From positions 6,058 to 70,057 of IMG/VR virus record IMGVR_UViG_3300017791_000077: a DNA stretch of 64,000 nucleotides; one strand, 5' to 3'. Positions within the stretch are counted from its first letter, which is position 1; each line of letters begins with the position of its first letter. The notes below the pieces were generated by a model, which was given only the letters and a program-made list of their open reading frames with translations, ran no database searches and was not told where the DNA came from. The stretch is from a virus (taxonomy: Duplodnaviria > Caudoviricetes). Both the position numbers and the translations under genes were made by a program. Shown here piece after piece: positions 55,019 to 62,605 of the stretch.

Positions 55019-55134
55019 ACCACTAAGAATGCGGCTGGTGACGTGGATGCCTGACATCGGGCGTAACGATACGCGCCGGGCTGATGACCTGGGTAGTCGC
55101 ATTCAAGCCGGTATCAAGCCCGGCCAGCAGCATC
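54988..55134. ncRNA. Multi-stem, tRNA-like structured RNA candidate
   Basis: GATGCTGCTG/CAGCAGCATC closing stem; GAATGCGGCT/AGTCGCATTC; CCGGG-CTGATGA-CCTGG; GCCGG-TATCAAGC-CCGGC. Confidence 0.5.
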
Positions 55135-55205
55135 TTCTCTCAAACACACCCGCCGCACCGCTCCCGCAAGGTGACGTGCATCAAGGGCGGGTCTTTCTCT
55201 CAAAC
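55135..55205 (+). repeat. TTCTCTCAAAC direct repeat flanking a hairpin
   Basis: Copies at 55135-55145 and 55195-55205 around ACCCGCC...GGCGGGT. Confidence 0.7.
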
Positions 55206-55343
55206 TGCTCTTGAACTCCTGCGCCACGGGATACCGGCACCCCTTCCCTGCGTCGTCGTAGCTTGCGTGAGTCTCTGTGCTTTCGAGACTCGCTACGGAC
55301 AGATGAAGCCCGGTGTTTCGGAGATGCTTGTTTCGGCGTCGTT

Positions 55344-55703
55344 TCAGACAGCCTGCTCGTAAACCGGCGCTACCCGGTTGCGGTACTTGCGGCGGGTTTT
55401 AACTTTCGACACGATTGGGACCGGGACGTAGGGGTTTGCTGCGGATCGACTACCGCACCGTTGCCCGGAAAACCCCGTATGGGGAACCCACCTTTGCGCT
55501 TGAGCACCTGTCTCTCGTAGAGGTTTCAATACGATTGCCTCGCGGGGCGTCCTGCTCTCCGCGCCCGGTTCTTTTGGCGCTTCCACTGCGGCGGCGCAAT
55601 CCGTGCAAAGCTCCGGGGAACATAACGCACAACTCCTTAATTCCTCTTGAACTGAAGGAGGCGGGCGCAATAGAGAACCCGCCAAAAGATTCGCTTGCGA
55701 CAC
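55344..55703 (-). CDS. Possible Zn-finger protein
   Basis: CALC....CTDC; lone minus-strand ORF in a structured region. Confidence 0.3.
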   Translation of the reverse strand: MSQANLLAGSLLRPPPSVQEELRSCALCSPELCTDCAAAVEAPKEPGAESRTPREAIVLKPLRETGAQAQRWVPHTGFSGQRCGSRSAANPYVPVPIVSKVKTRRKYRNRVAPVYEQAV

Positions 55704-55785
55704 GACCCAGTGGCGGGTTCAATTTGCCCAAAGGAGGGCGGCACGGAAGGTGCTCTAACTTGAATCTTAACTGGGGCGTGTCGCA
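55696..55785. other. Inverted repeat / multi-branch stem
   Basis: TGCGACACG.CCCAGT / ACTGGG.CGTGTCGCA. Confidence 0.6.
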
Positions 55786-55814
55786 GATTCAATTCTGACG
55801 AGTTGCGGCAGGAC

Positions 55815-55843
55815 TTCAATAGCAGTTTCGAGGCGGGTACAAT
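55815..55843 (+). promoter_or_regulatory. Promoter candidate
   Basis: TTCAAT-AGCAGTTT..(17 bp)-TACAAT. Confidence 0.5.
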
Positions 55844-55866
55844 GGGCGGCGAAAGGAGAGCCGAAA

Positions 55867-56154
55867 ATGAGCATGAGCACGAACGTCATCGGATTCGCTC
55901 CACCAGACGACGACTGGCGCAAGATGAAAGCCGTTTGGGACGCCTGCACGATGGCGAAATTGCCGATCCCGCCGGAGGTCGATAAGTTCTTCAACGGCGA
56001 GGAACCAGATGATGTCGGAGTGAAGATTCCGCTCCGCTATCCGATGCACGAATCCGTTCGCGAATACTCTGCCGACATGCGCGAGGGCTTCGACATCGAC
56101 CTCTCGAAGCTGCCGAAACAGGTAAAGATTCTGCGGTTTTACAACAGCTTTTAG
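55867..56154 (+). CDS. Conserved phage hypothetical protein
   Basis: RBS AAGGAGAG; PPDDDWRKMKAVWDAC..A...IP.EV..FF. Confidence 0.8.
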   Translation: MSMSTNVIGFAPPDDDWRKMKAVWDACTMAKLPIPPEVDKFFNGEEPDDVGVKIPLRYPMHESVREYSADMREGFDIDLSKLPKQVKILRFYNSF

Positions 56155-56157
56155 ACC

Positions 56158-56346
56158 GTGAAAATCCACTTCGCCCAGCAGACTTACGAGCACGTCCTGC
56201 GGTCCCACGACAAGGCGCACCCCGACTGGAACGAGTCGAACGAAGGCCGCAAGCAGCGCAACAAAGCGCTCGCCAAACCAGCGGCGGCGATCTTCAAGGC
56301 GATTCGCGACGCACAGCCGAAGCCTGAGAATGACTTCCAGATTTGA
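56158..56346 (+). CDS. Hypothetical protein
   Basis: GTG start 3 nt after upstream stop. Confidence 0.55.
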   Translation: MKIHFAQQTYEHVLRSHDKAHPDWNESNEGRKQRNKALAKPAAAIFKAIRDAQPKPENDFQI

Positions 56347-56347
56347 G

Positions 56348-56376
56348 TTCCGTAGCAGTTTGCGGGATGCTAAACT
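56348..56376 (+). promoter_or_regulatory. Promoter candidate
   Basis: TTCCGT-AGCAGTTT..(17 bp)-TAAACT. Confidence 0.4.
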
Positions 56377-56382
56377 GCGGGC

Positions 56383-56697
56383 ATGAAACCGTGTGACGTT
56401 GACGGATGCGAAACACCTGATGTCGTTCCGAATCCCTGTTTCGTCTGCAAGAAATCCGCGTGCCGGAACCACACGAGAATCATCAGCGGACACAGGTTCG
56501 GCGATGGATTGTTCGTGGATGTGACGATTTTCGTGTGCCATGACTGCCTGAAGAACGAACTCACAGACGACCTGTGGCCGAAACGGTTCGAGGACGGCTG
56601 GAAGATCCTCGCGGACGTTTCGGCCTCACGAATGGCGCGGCACATGAAGCAGATCCGCGACGAACACCTCGCATCGAAGAGGAGGTTCAGTGCCTGA
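56383..56697 (+). CDS. Zn-finger (B-box/AN1-like) protein
   Basis: C...C, CFVC....C..H, CHDC. Confidence 0.7.
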   Translation: MKPCDVDGCETPDVVPNPCFVCKKSACRNHTRIISGHRFGDGLFVDVTIFVCHDCLKNELTDDLWPKRFEDGWKILADVSASRMARHMKQIRDEHLASKRRFSA

Positions 56698-57031
56698 AAT
56701 CACCCCCGAAAGCCATCGGTATGTCGGCATGTGGAGGCCGCCTCTGGAGAGCCTAACGCACAAGGATGTCCCGGTCGAGCAGTTGTTCTGCCCGTGCGGG
56801 GCTGCGGAATGGGAAGTGCGATGGGGAATCATCTGGCACCACAACGCGAAGATGTCACGGACCGAGCGCGTCACTGGAGAATTCAAGAGAGAGTTCGTGG
56901 ATCACTACCTCGCCGGCCACTTCGACACGCCCATCTACGAGCCAAAACCAATGCTGTCTGTGCAGTTCCCGACAGGCGCAAACTTCGACGACATAAAGGA
57001 TTCTGTATGCCCGACTGGCGACACCAAGTAA
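56690..57031 (+). CDS. Hypothetical protein
   Basis: RBS GAGGAGG; CPCG. Confidence 0.65.
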   Translation: MPEITPESHRYVGMWRPPLESLTHKDVPVEQLFCPCGAAEWEVRWGIIWHHNAKMSRTERVTGEFKREFVDHYLAGHFDTPIYEPKPMLSVQFPTGANFDDIKDSVCPTGDTK

Positions 57032-57255
57032 GCAGCGCTGAGTGGCGATGGCATCCGGTTCTCGGCGAGCACGGCTACATCGAGACGATTGAGGCCGCTA
57101 CGAAGCAGGACGATGGATCAACCGCGTTCCTAACGTTCGCAATTCTGGACCGCGGCGTCGGACATGACGTGGCCCGCGAGATCGTCGAGTCCCACAACGC
57201 GAGGCTGGCAGAGCGAGTTATCGCCAGTCTTGAACTCGACAAGCTGCATAGCTGA
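57007..57255 (+). CDS. Hypothetical protein
   Basis: A.EIVESHN motif; start uncertain. Confidence 0.5.
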   Translation: MPDWRHQVSSAEWRWHPVLGEHGYIETIEAATKQDDGSTAFLTFAILDRGVGHDVAREIVESHNARLAERVIASLELDKLHS

Positions 57256-57936
57256 AACCAGCTACGACGCTCTCCTGCATGCCCATCCACTCGCGCACAC
57301 CCGAACAGCCATCTCCACGCTCCCGACGCGCCAGTGAGGCGTATAGAGCGCTACGCAGCTTGCCAGAGTTGGAACCGGGTAAAACTCGCGGTGGAGGATA
57401 TACCTCTTAGCAGTCCAGCCTGGGGGGCCGGGCCCGGCGTCTCGGGCAGCCCGAGCCTTCCAGAAGCCGGCAGAATAGCCCATAATATGCGTGAAAACAA
57501 CGATTATTCAAGTCCCCCACACGGGACTTGACTTTCGCTCGTCTTACGCTGATGACTGGCAGTAAGTCATTGCAGCGTAGGGGGATGGCTCAGGATGTGG
57601 GGGGATTAGAGCTGGAAGAGAGGGAGAATTGCGGGGGAATGGCGTAGGATAGACCACCAGGGAGACCACCCCTCGCCTCTCCCCTTCCCTGCGGTCGTCG
57701 CCAGGATTGCGGCCGGATTCCTGGCTTCGATTCGTTTTCTCTCATTATATGTGCCATTTGCCAGTTTTCAACGCACCAGGATCGCATTAGACGCACTGCG
57801 AGGAGCCGGTACGGCTCAATTCCATACCCCTACGTCTGACGATTCGTTGCCTATTTCCAGAATAAGGCGTAATGTCTTAGCGCTTTTGATGACTTTGGCA
57901 CGATATTCTTACCTTAAGTAGATGTAGAGGCGACGA
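57256..57936. other. About 680-bp non-coding control region (terminus, origin or early promoters)
   Basis: No convincing ORF; hairpins TCAAGTCCC/GGGACTTGA and TACGCTG/CAGCGTA; G-run tract; AT-richer 3' part. Confidence 0.6.
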
Positions 57937-58026
57937 ATGAAAGTCGCCTGGAACTTGCCCCTGCTGACTGCCGGAACTTGCCAAATATCCTGCCAGTCAG
58001 CGCGTAATCTCTTGCAGGAGAGAATC

Positions 58027-58194
58027 ATGCACGTGCATTGTCAGAAGCTCGGAAGGCGCCCAGCAATCGACAAGCTCTATTGTTGCCGATACGGCCGGAT
58101 GATCGTCAATTGTGCGGGACAGGTCTATTGCGGAGGGACGCAGATTAGCCGCGCGTACGCCGCAAGGCAGCTCCTCGCATGGCGTAAAGCCTGA
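58027..58194 (+). CDS. Small early protein
   Basis: RBS AGGAGAG. Confidence 0.65.
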   Translation: MHVHCQKLGRRPAIDKLYCCRYGRMIVNCAGQVYCGGTQISRAYAARQLLAWRKA

Positions 58195-58283
58195 CGCGCC
58201 TACCTTACCGCTCATTCTCTGGGAGTGAGCGGACCTGTAGGCGTTTCCCGTCTGTTTACCCTCTGTTTTAAGGAACTTGCCCA

Positions 58284-58499
58284 ATGAAAACCGAGCAGAC
58301 ATTGATCGAACAGCTGGAATCTCTGGTTGACTCGAATTCCGTGGCCCGCGTGCTCGAATGCTTGTCGGATGTGTGCCACTTGAAGGCCCAGCACATCGAA
58401 GAAAACTGGCAGGATGAAGCGCTTGCAAAGCTCTGGACTAAGGCAGGCGTGAAGATCAATCAGCTCCAAGACCGCATCCATCGGGACTACGGCATCTGA
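58284..58499 (+). CDS. Small early protein
   Basis: AAGGAACTTGCCCA-ATG; L.E....K..H..ENWQD..LAK.W. Confidence 0.8.
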   Translation: MKTEQTLIEQLESLVDSNSVARVLECLSDVCHLKAQHIEENWQDEALAKLWTKAGVKINQLQDRIHRDYGI

Positions 58500-58582
58500 C
58501 GCGCCACCCGCCTCCCCTCTCGAATGTCGGGAGGGCTGGTATGGCGGCGTTTCATATCCTCTTGAATGAAGGGAACTTGCTG

Positions 58583-58792
58583 ATGGACCGTCAGACGTGG
58601 TTTACGATTGCGGTTTTCGTGGGCGCCGGCAAAGGCGACTACGGCAGCGAATGGGCTGTTGCGAAAGAGGGAAACATGAGCCGGCAGGCTGCCGAAGGAC
58701 TCTTGAATCAATTCGCCATGCAGTACCGATCGCGCCTCTTTCGCGGGAAGATGCTCGGTAAGCTGGTACGCGAAGCCGGGAGGGTAGCATGA
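58583..58792 (+). CDS. Small early protein
   Basis: AAGGGAACTTGCTG-ATG. Confidence 0.7.
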   Translation: MDRQTWFTIAVFVGAGKGDYGSEWAVAKEGNMSRQAAEGLLNQFAMQYRSRLFRGKMLGKLVREAGRVA

Positions 58793-59433
58793 CACTCGCC
58801 GACAAATACCGCCCGCGCTCCTGGTCCGATGTAGTCGGCCAACCCAAAGCGCTTGCCATAATCGAATCCCTGCGCAAGCGCGGTCTCGCCGGCCGGGCAG
58901 TCTGGATTGCCGGCAAGAGCGGGACCGGCAAGACGACGATTGCCGAATTGCTCGCAGCAGAGATTGCTCACGAGTGCTGCATTGAACGCTACACGGCCCG
59001 CACGATGACTCCGGCCGATGTGCTCGCCATACGCCGCGGTCTCGCGTTCAAGGGGATGGAACGCGGCGGCCGGGCTGTCATCGTGAATGAATCGCACGGA
59101 CTCAGGAGCGACACGGAAGAGACGTTGCTTGACGCTCTGGATAAAGATGCAATCCCGCCTCACGCGCTCTGGATCTTTACTACGACCGTCGATGGACAGG
59201 CTGAGTTTTGCTTCGATAACAATGACGCTTTGCCCCTGTTATCACGCTGTTTGCGCATTGATCTGGCGCAAAGGGACCTGGCGAAAGCCTTTGCCGAACG
59301 TGCCCGCGAGATTGCCCAGCTCGAAGGGTTGGACGGTCAACCGATCGAACGATACGTGAAGCTGGCGAATGAATGCAAATCGAACTTACGGGCCATGCTG
59401 TCGGCGATAGAGGGAGGGCGAATGTTGTCCTGA
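58789..59433 (+). CDS. Clamp-loader-clade AAA+ ATPase (DnaX/RFC/RarA-like, N-terminal module only)
   Basis: LADKYRPRSWSDVVGQ, GKSGTGKTT, IVNESH, FTTT, LLSRC, LRAML. Confidence 0.88.
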   Translation: MTLADKYRPRSWSDVVGQPKALAIIESLRKRGLAGRAVWIAGKSGTGKTTIAELLAAEIAHECCIERYTARTMTPADVLAIRRGLAFKGMERGGRAVIVNESHGLRSDTEETLLDALDKDAIPPHALWIFTTTVDGQAEFCFDNNDALPLLSRCLRIDLAQRDLAKAFAERAREIAQLEGLDGQPIERYVKLANECKSNLRAMLSAIEGGRMLS

Positions 59434-59511
59434 GTGTGCCCGACCACCCGGCCGTAACGTGCGGCCGGTCATCGGTTACACTTCCCGATGGTTCTTTCGA
59501 GGAGCTTGAAC

Positions 59512-59700
59512 ATGACTTACGTCTTGTGGGGAATGCCTTACTGGCTGGACAATCGAATCAAGATCATGGCTGGAACGCTGGCCGAATGCCGGAAGGCGAA
59601 AGAGCAGCGCGAACGCGAGCAATACCACGGGGCGGATGACGGTCCCGTATGGGTCGGATTGGCGATTCTGCCGAAAGGTGAATGTATCCCAGCTCGGTAA
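59512..59700 (+). CDS. Small early protein
   Basis: RBS GAGGAG. Confidence 0.7.
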   Translation: MTYVLWGMPYWLDNRIKIMAGTLAECRKAKEQREREQYHGADDGPVWVGLAILPKGECIPAR

Positions 59701-59717
59701 TTCCGCACGGATTTTTC

Positions 59718-59745
59718 TTGACAACGCCCCATCCTCAGATACGAT
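59718..59745 (+). promoter_or_regulatory. Sigma70-type promoter
   Basis: TTGACA-16 bp-TACGAT. Confidence 0.6.
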
Positions 59746-59889
59746 GACCAGCGTTGAGGAACTTGCCAAACATGGAACTTGCCCCCATCAACCCCGTATT
59801 TCTCACGCTGGCGCGGCTCTTGCGTAGTTCTGGCAAGTTCCGCGCAGGGCTGCTGCCAGCGTGAGATTATTTGAAAGGAACTTGCCCCA

Positions 59890-60117
59890 ATGACTTTGCA
59901 ATTTCTTCGCCCAGGCTCGCGCTTCCGCCTGACCGAAGCCCCCGCTGTGACAGGCACGCTGGTAAAGTGCTGCGAGGGCTGCGCCGTTGTCGAGCTGGAC
60001 GGCCAGGAGCGCGTTTGCGACTTCGAGACGATCAATCACGAATGGGTACGGATTGTGCGCTCAGGGAAGCGCAGGACCACGATAACGAAACTCGTAGAGA
60101 TTGAGAGGATAGCATGA
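59890..60117 (+). CDS. Small SH3-like beta protein
   Basis: AAGGAACTTGCCCCA-ATG; L.PG.RF......TG.LV......AVV. Confidence 0.75.
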   Translation: MTLQFLRPGSRFRLTEAPAVTGTLVKCCEGCAVVELDGQERVCDFETINHEWVRIVRSGKRRTTITKLVEIERIA

Positions 60118-60509
60118 CCACGACAGCGCGACTGCACGATCTGGCGAAGGGTTTGCGGATTACCGTCAAGTACGGGGCGAACCTCGATTACGAGAAGCAG
60201 GACGAATGGCAGCAGCGGGCGCACGGCTACCACTGCACGCTGAAATACAAAGGCCGGCAGTACTCGTTTGACTTCTGGCAGGGCGAGGCGATCACTGAAG
60301 AACCGACAGCCGAAGGCACGCTCGAATGCCTGCTGTCTGACGCGCAGGCCGGCTCTCAGGACTTCGAGGAGTTCTGCGGAGACATGGGATACGACACGGA
60401 TTCACGCAAGGCAGAACGAACGTGGAAGGCTTGCCAGAAGGTCAGCGAAGGGATGCAGCGGCTTCTGGGTGACGACTACGAGACGTTCCTGTATTCCGAT
60501 CGCAATTGA
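60114..60509 (+). CDS. Conserved phage early protein
   Basis: RQYSFDFWQG, P.....LECLLSDA, FEEFC.DMGYD.DSRKA...WKAC. Confidence 0.85.
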   Translation: MTTTARLHDLAKGLRITVKYGANLDYEKQDEWQQRAHGYHCTLKYKGRQYSFDFWQGEAITEEPTAEGTLECLLSDAQAGSQDFEEFCGDMGYDTDSRKAERTWKACQKVSEGMQRLLGDDYETFLYSDRN

Positions 60510-60615
60510 TCTGCCCCCTCCCGTTCCCCCGCGTGTGTGAGCCGCGGGGCGAGGAGCGTGCAGACGGAAACCACGGCAACCGATAACCGACAGCAATGAG
60601 AGGGAGTAAATAGGG

Positions 60616-60804
60616 ATGGCATCGACGCTCGACACACTGACGGCAGACTACATCGGCGACAACGCGACCGATGAGGATTTGGAGTTATTCAAGCGGGCGT
60701 GTCGGCTGAAGATGGAACGCAGCGACTTCAGCGAACAGGAAGCGATGGAATTCATTTTCAATGACGGCGATTGGCAGTCAGCGATTACCGCGATGGGCCT
60801 GTGA
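60616..60804 (+). CDS. Small acidic protein
   Basis: RBS GGGAG; 62 aa. Confidence 0.7.
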   Translation: MASTLDTLTADYIGDNATDEDLELFKRACRLKMERSDFSEQEAMEFIFNDGDWQSAITAMGL

Positions 60805-60853
60805 CCGTACCCCTGAGCTTTGCGACCAACCCCCACCCCCATCGGAGGCACCA

Positions 60854-61195
60854 ATGGCGACGGAAGCGAAGAAAATCGAGCGGATTGCAACGCCATTGCC
60901 GTGGAACATCGGCGGCACGTTCAATCCGGGAACCGACAACGAGTTTGTCAACATCTGGGGACCGACTCCCGCGGGAATGCAAAGCGGTGATACAGTTGCA
61001 AAAACCGTAAGGCCGGCGGATGCCGAACGCATTATTGCGGCAGTGAATGCCTTTGACGACTTGGTGGCGGCACTGAATCTTGCCGCAGACGAGCTTACCC
61101 ACGCGACATGGGCAAAAGGTGCCGATCAGCGCGGGCTGAAATACGCCATTGAGAAAGCCCGCGCCGCAATCGCCAAAGCGACGGCCACCCCCTGA
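60854..61195 (+). CDS. Conserved phage protein (TP.PW...ADA..I.AA.N..D.LV.AL family)
   Basis: RBS GGAGG; characteristic motif. Confidence 0.8.
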   Translation: MATEAKKIERIATPLPWNIGGTFNPGTDNEFVNIWGPTPAGMQSGDTVAKTVRPADAERIIAAVNAFDDLVAALNLAADELTHATWAKGADQRGLKYAIEKARAAIAKATATP

Positions 61196-61223
61196 CCCCT
61201 TCCCGGTGAAAGCGAGGAGCGAG

Positions 61224-61493
61224 ATGAGCACGCCAATTGTTACCGACTTCATTCGCAAGCTCGATAAGGGAGCGCAAGAGTACGCGCGAATGGTTCGCAA
61301 AACTCCTGTCGATTCGGACGAACGAGAAGCCGCGCTGGCTGGATCGCTATCAATCATGGTCCGCGAGGCCGTTGCCGCAGAACGCAAGCGCATCTTGGCA
61401 ATCTGCGCCGATCTAAAACGGCTGTATCGCTGCGATTGTCATGCTCCAATTGATGCGATTGCCGCCGCGATCCGCAGGGAGACCCAGCCGTGA
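61224..61493 (+). CDS. Hypothetical protein
   Basis: RBS GAGGAG; AAERKR...IC motif. Confidence 0.7.
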   Translation: MSTPIVTDFIRKLDKGAQEYARMVRKTPVDSDEREAALAGSLSIMVREAVAAERKRILAICADLKRLYRCDCHAPIDAIAAAIRRETQP

Positions 61494-61558
61494 CCACGAC
61501 CATCCTGATTACGCTCGTGCTGCTCCTGATGATGTGTGACCGCGGCGGTGCTCCATGA
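61490..61558 (+). CDS. 22-aa hydrophobic peptide
   Basis: GTGA coupling, RBS AGGGAG; MTTTILITLVLLLMMCDRGGAP. Confidence 0.45.
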   Translation: MTTTILITLVLLLMMCDRGGAP

Positions 61559-61663
61559 CGCTGCTTTGCGCCCTGATCTCCAAGATCGTCGAACTCGTGG
61601 ATAGAATGCTCGGGCACGAGAAGCCGGAACCCCGCGCGCCCGAGACAGACGACTGGCCATGAA

Positions 61664-62605
61664 CTACGCCGCCCGTGGCGGCTCGTCGGGTTGGCCCGGT
61701 CGGAACAGCAGGTCACTCGCCTGCTGCTGCCCGCTGATCTGCGGCACGCGATAATGCTGCTCGTAGATTCGGCGGGACGAATGCCGTAGAAGCGCCGTCG
61801 GGTCTCCTCCGGCCGCCTCTGCGAAACTCGCGCCCGTCCGCCGCATGCAGTGAAAGCTGTGCCAGCGATCAGTTGGCAATCCCCATTTCTCCCGGAGCAC
61901 GCGGTAGCGCGTATGCAGGTACTCGCCGCGCTTGTGCCAGGGGAACACGCAGTCATCCGTCGCGATGGCGTGCATTTCGCGCAATAGCGTGGTCGTGTCA
62001 GCGTGGAACTTGACGGTTGAATCTTCCTTGCGGCCTTTGCGGACTTCAGCCGGGAAATAACCGTAGGCCCGCGGCTGGTCCAAGTCCGTCACGCCGTCCC
62101 ATCGCAGGCGCCGGGCAGCGCCGATGCGCTCCAGGGAATCGTACATGACGCAGTGAAGGCCGGTCCACCACAACGAGGACGGCACGCCGCAGACGGTCCC
62201 ACGCTGCGCCGCGCACATCTTCCACAGCTCGTTGAGCTGGGCCTGCGTCCACCCGATCGGCGTGCGCTTCGGCTCGTGGAAGCTCGGCACGTCCGGCCAG
62301 GTCGAGACCACGCCCTTACGTGCCAGGAAGTTCCACAAGGCCACGAGCTGGTCCCGCGTCTTGTTGGCGGTCCTAGTGGATAAGCCGCGCTCGCCGACGA
62401 TCCATTCCATGCAGGCCATGACGGCGTTATCGCACAGATCCTGAATCGTCGGCTCGCGGCCAAGAAAGTCCCGGAAGTATGCGAACGTGAAGCCGTACAG
62501 TCGCACCGTCTCGGGACTTTTTCCGAAGAGTCTTTTGGGGCGATAGAGCAAATCGAAATGGGAACGAAGGGTCGAATCGAGTTTGCCGCTGGACGTGTCT
62601 TTCAT
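61664..62605 (-). CDS. int: Tyrosine recombinase / phage integrase
   Basis: RBS GGGAG; SAM-like N-domain (SPETVRLY), R (ERIG), K, FHCMRR, LRHS, Y (EQHY). Confidence 0.9.
   Translation of the reverse strand: MKDTSSGKLDSTLRSHFDLLYRPKRLFGKSPETVRLYGFTFAYFRDFLGREPTIQDLCDNAVMACMEWIVGERGLSTRTANKTRDQLVALWNFLARKGVVSTWPDVPSFHEPKRTPIGWTQAQLNELWKMCAAQRGTVCGVPSSLWWTGLHCVMYDSLERIGAARRLRWDGVTDLDQPRAYGYFPAEVRKGRKEDSTVKFHADTTTLLREMHAIATDDCVFPWHKRGEYLHTRYRVLREKWGLPTDRWHSFHCMRRTGASFAEAAGGDPTALLRHSSRRIYEQHYRVPQISGQQQASDLLFRPGQPDEPPRAA

Larger units (their letters stand above)
57950..59886. repeat. Dispersed GGAACTTGCC motif
   Basis: + copies at 57950, 57973, 58272, 59758, 59774, 59877; 9/10 match at 58572; reverse-complement copy at 59832. 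Confidence 0.9.

Noticed and set aside
55081-55120. CTGATGA hammerhead ribozyme core
   Set aside because: No GAAA after a stem II; the heptamer is closed as a simple hairpin loop
54988-55134. Canonical tRNA-Ile(GAU)
   Set aside because: No adjacent acceptor 5' strand, no TTC T-loop and no CCA; kept only as a tRNA-like candidate
55200-55340. HDV-like ribozyme or c-di-GMP riboswitch
   Set aside because: Could not build the nested double pseudoknot or the riboswitch consensus by eye
57950-59886. CRISPR-like repeats
   Set aside because: Motif is only 10 bp, irregularly spaced and includes an inverted copy
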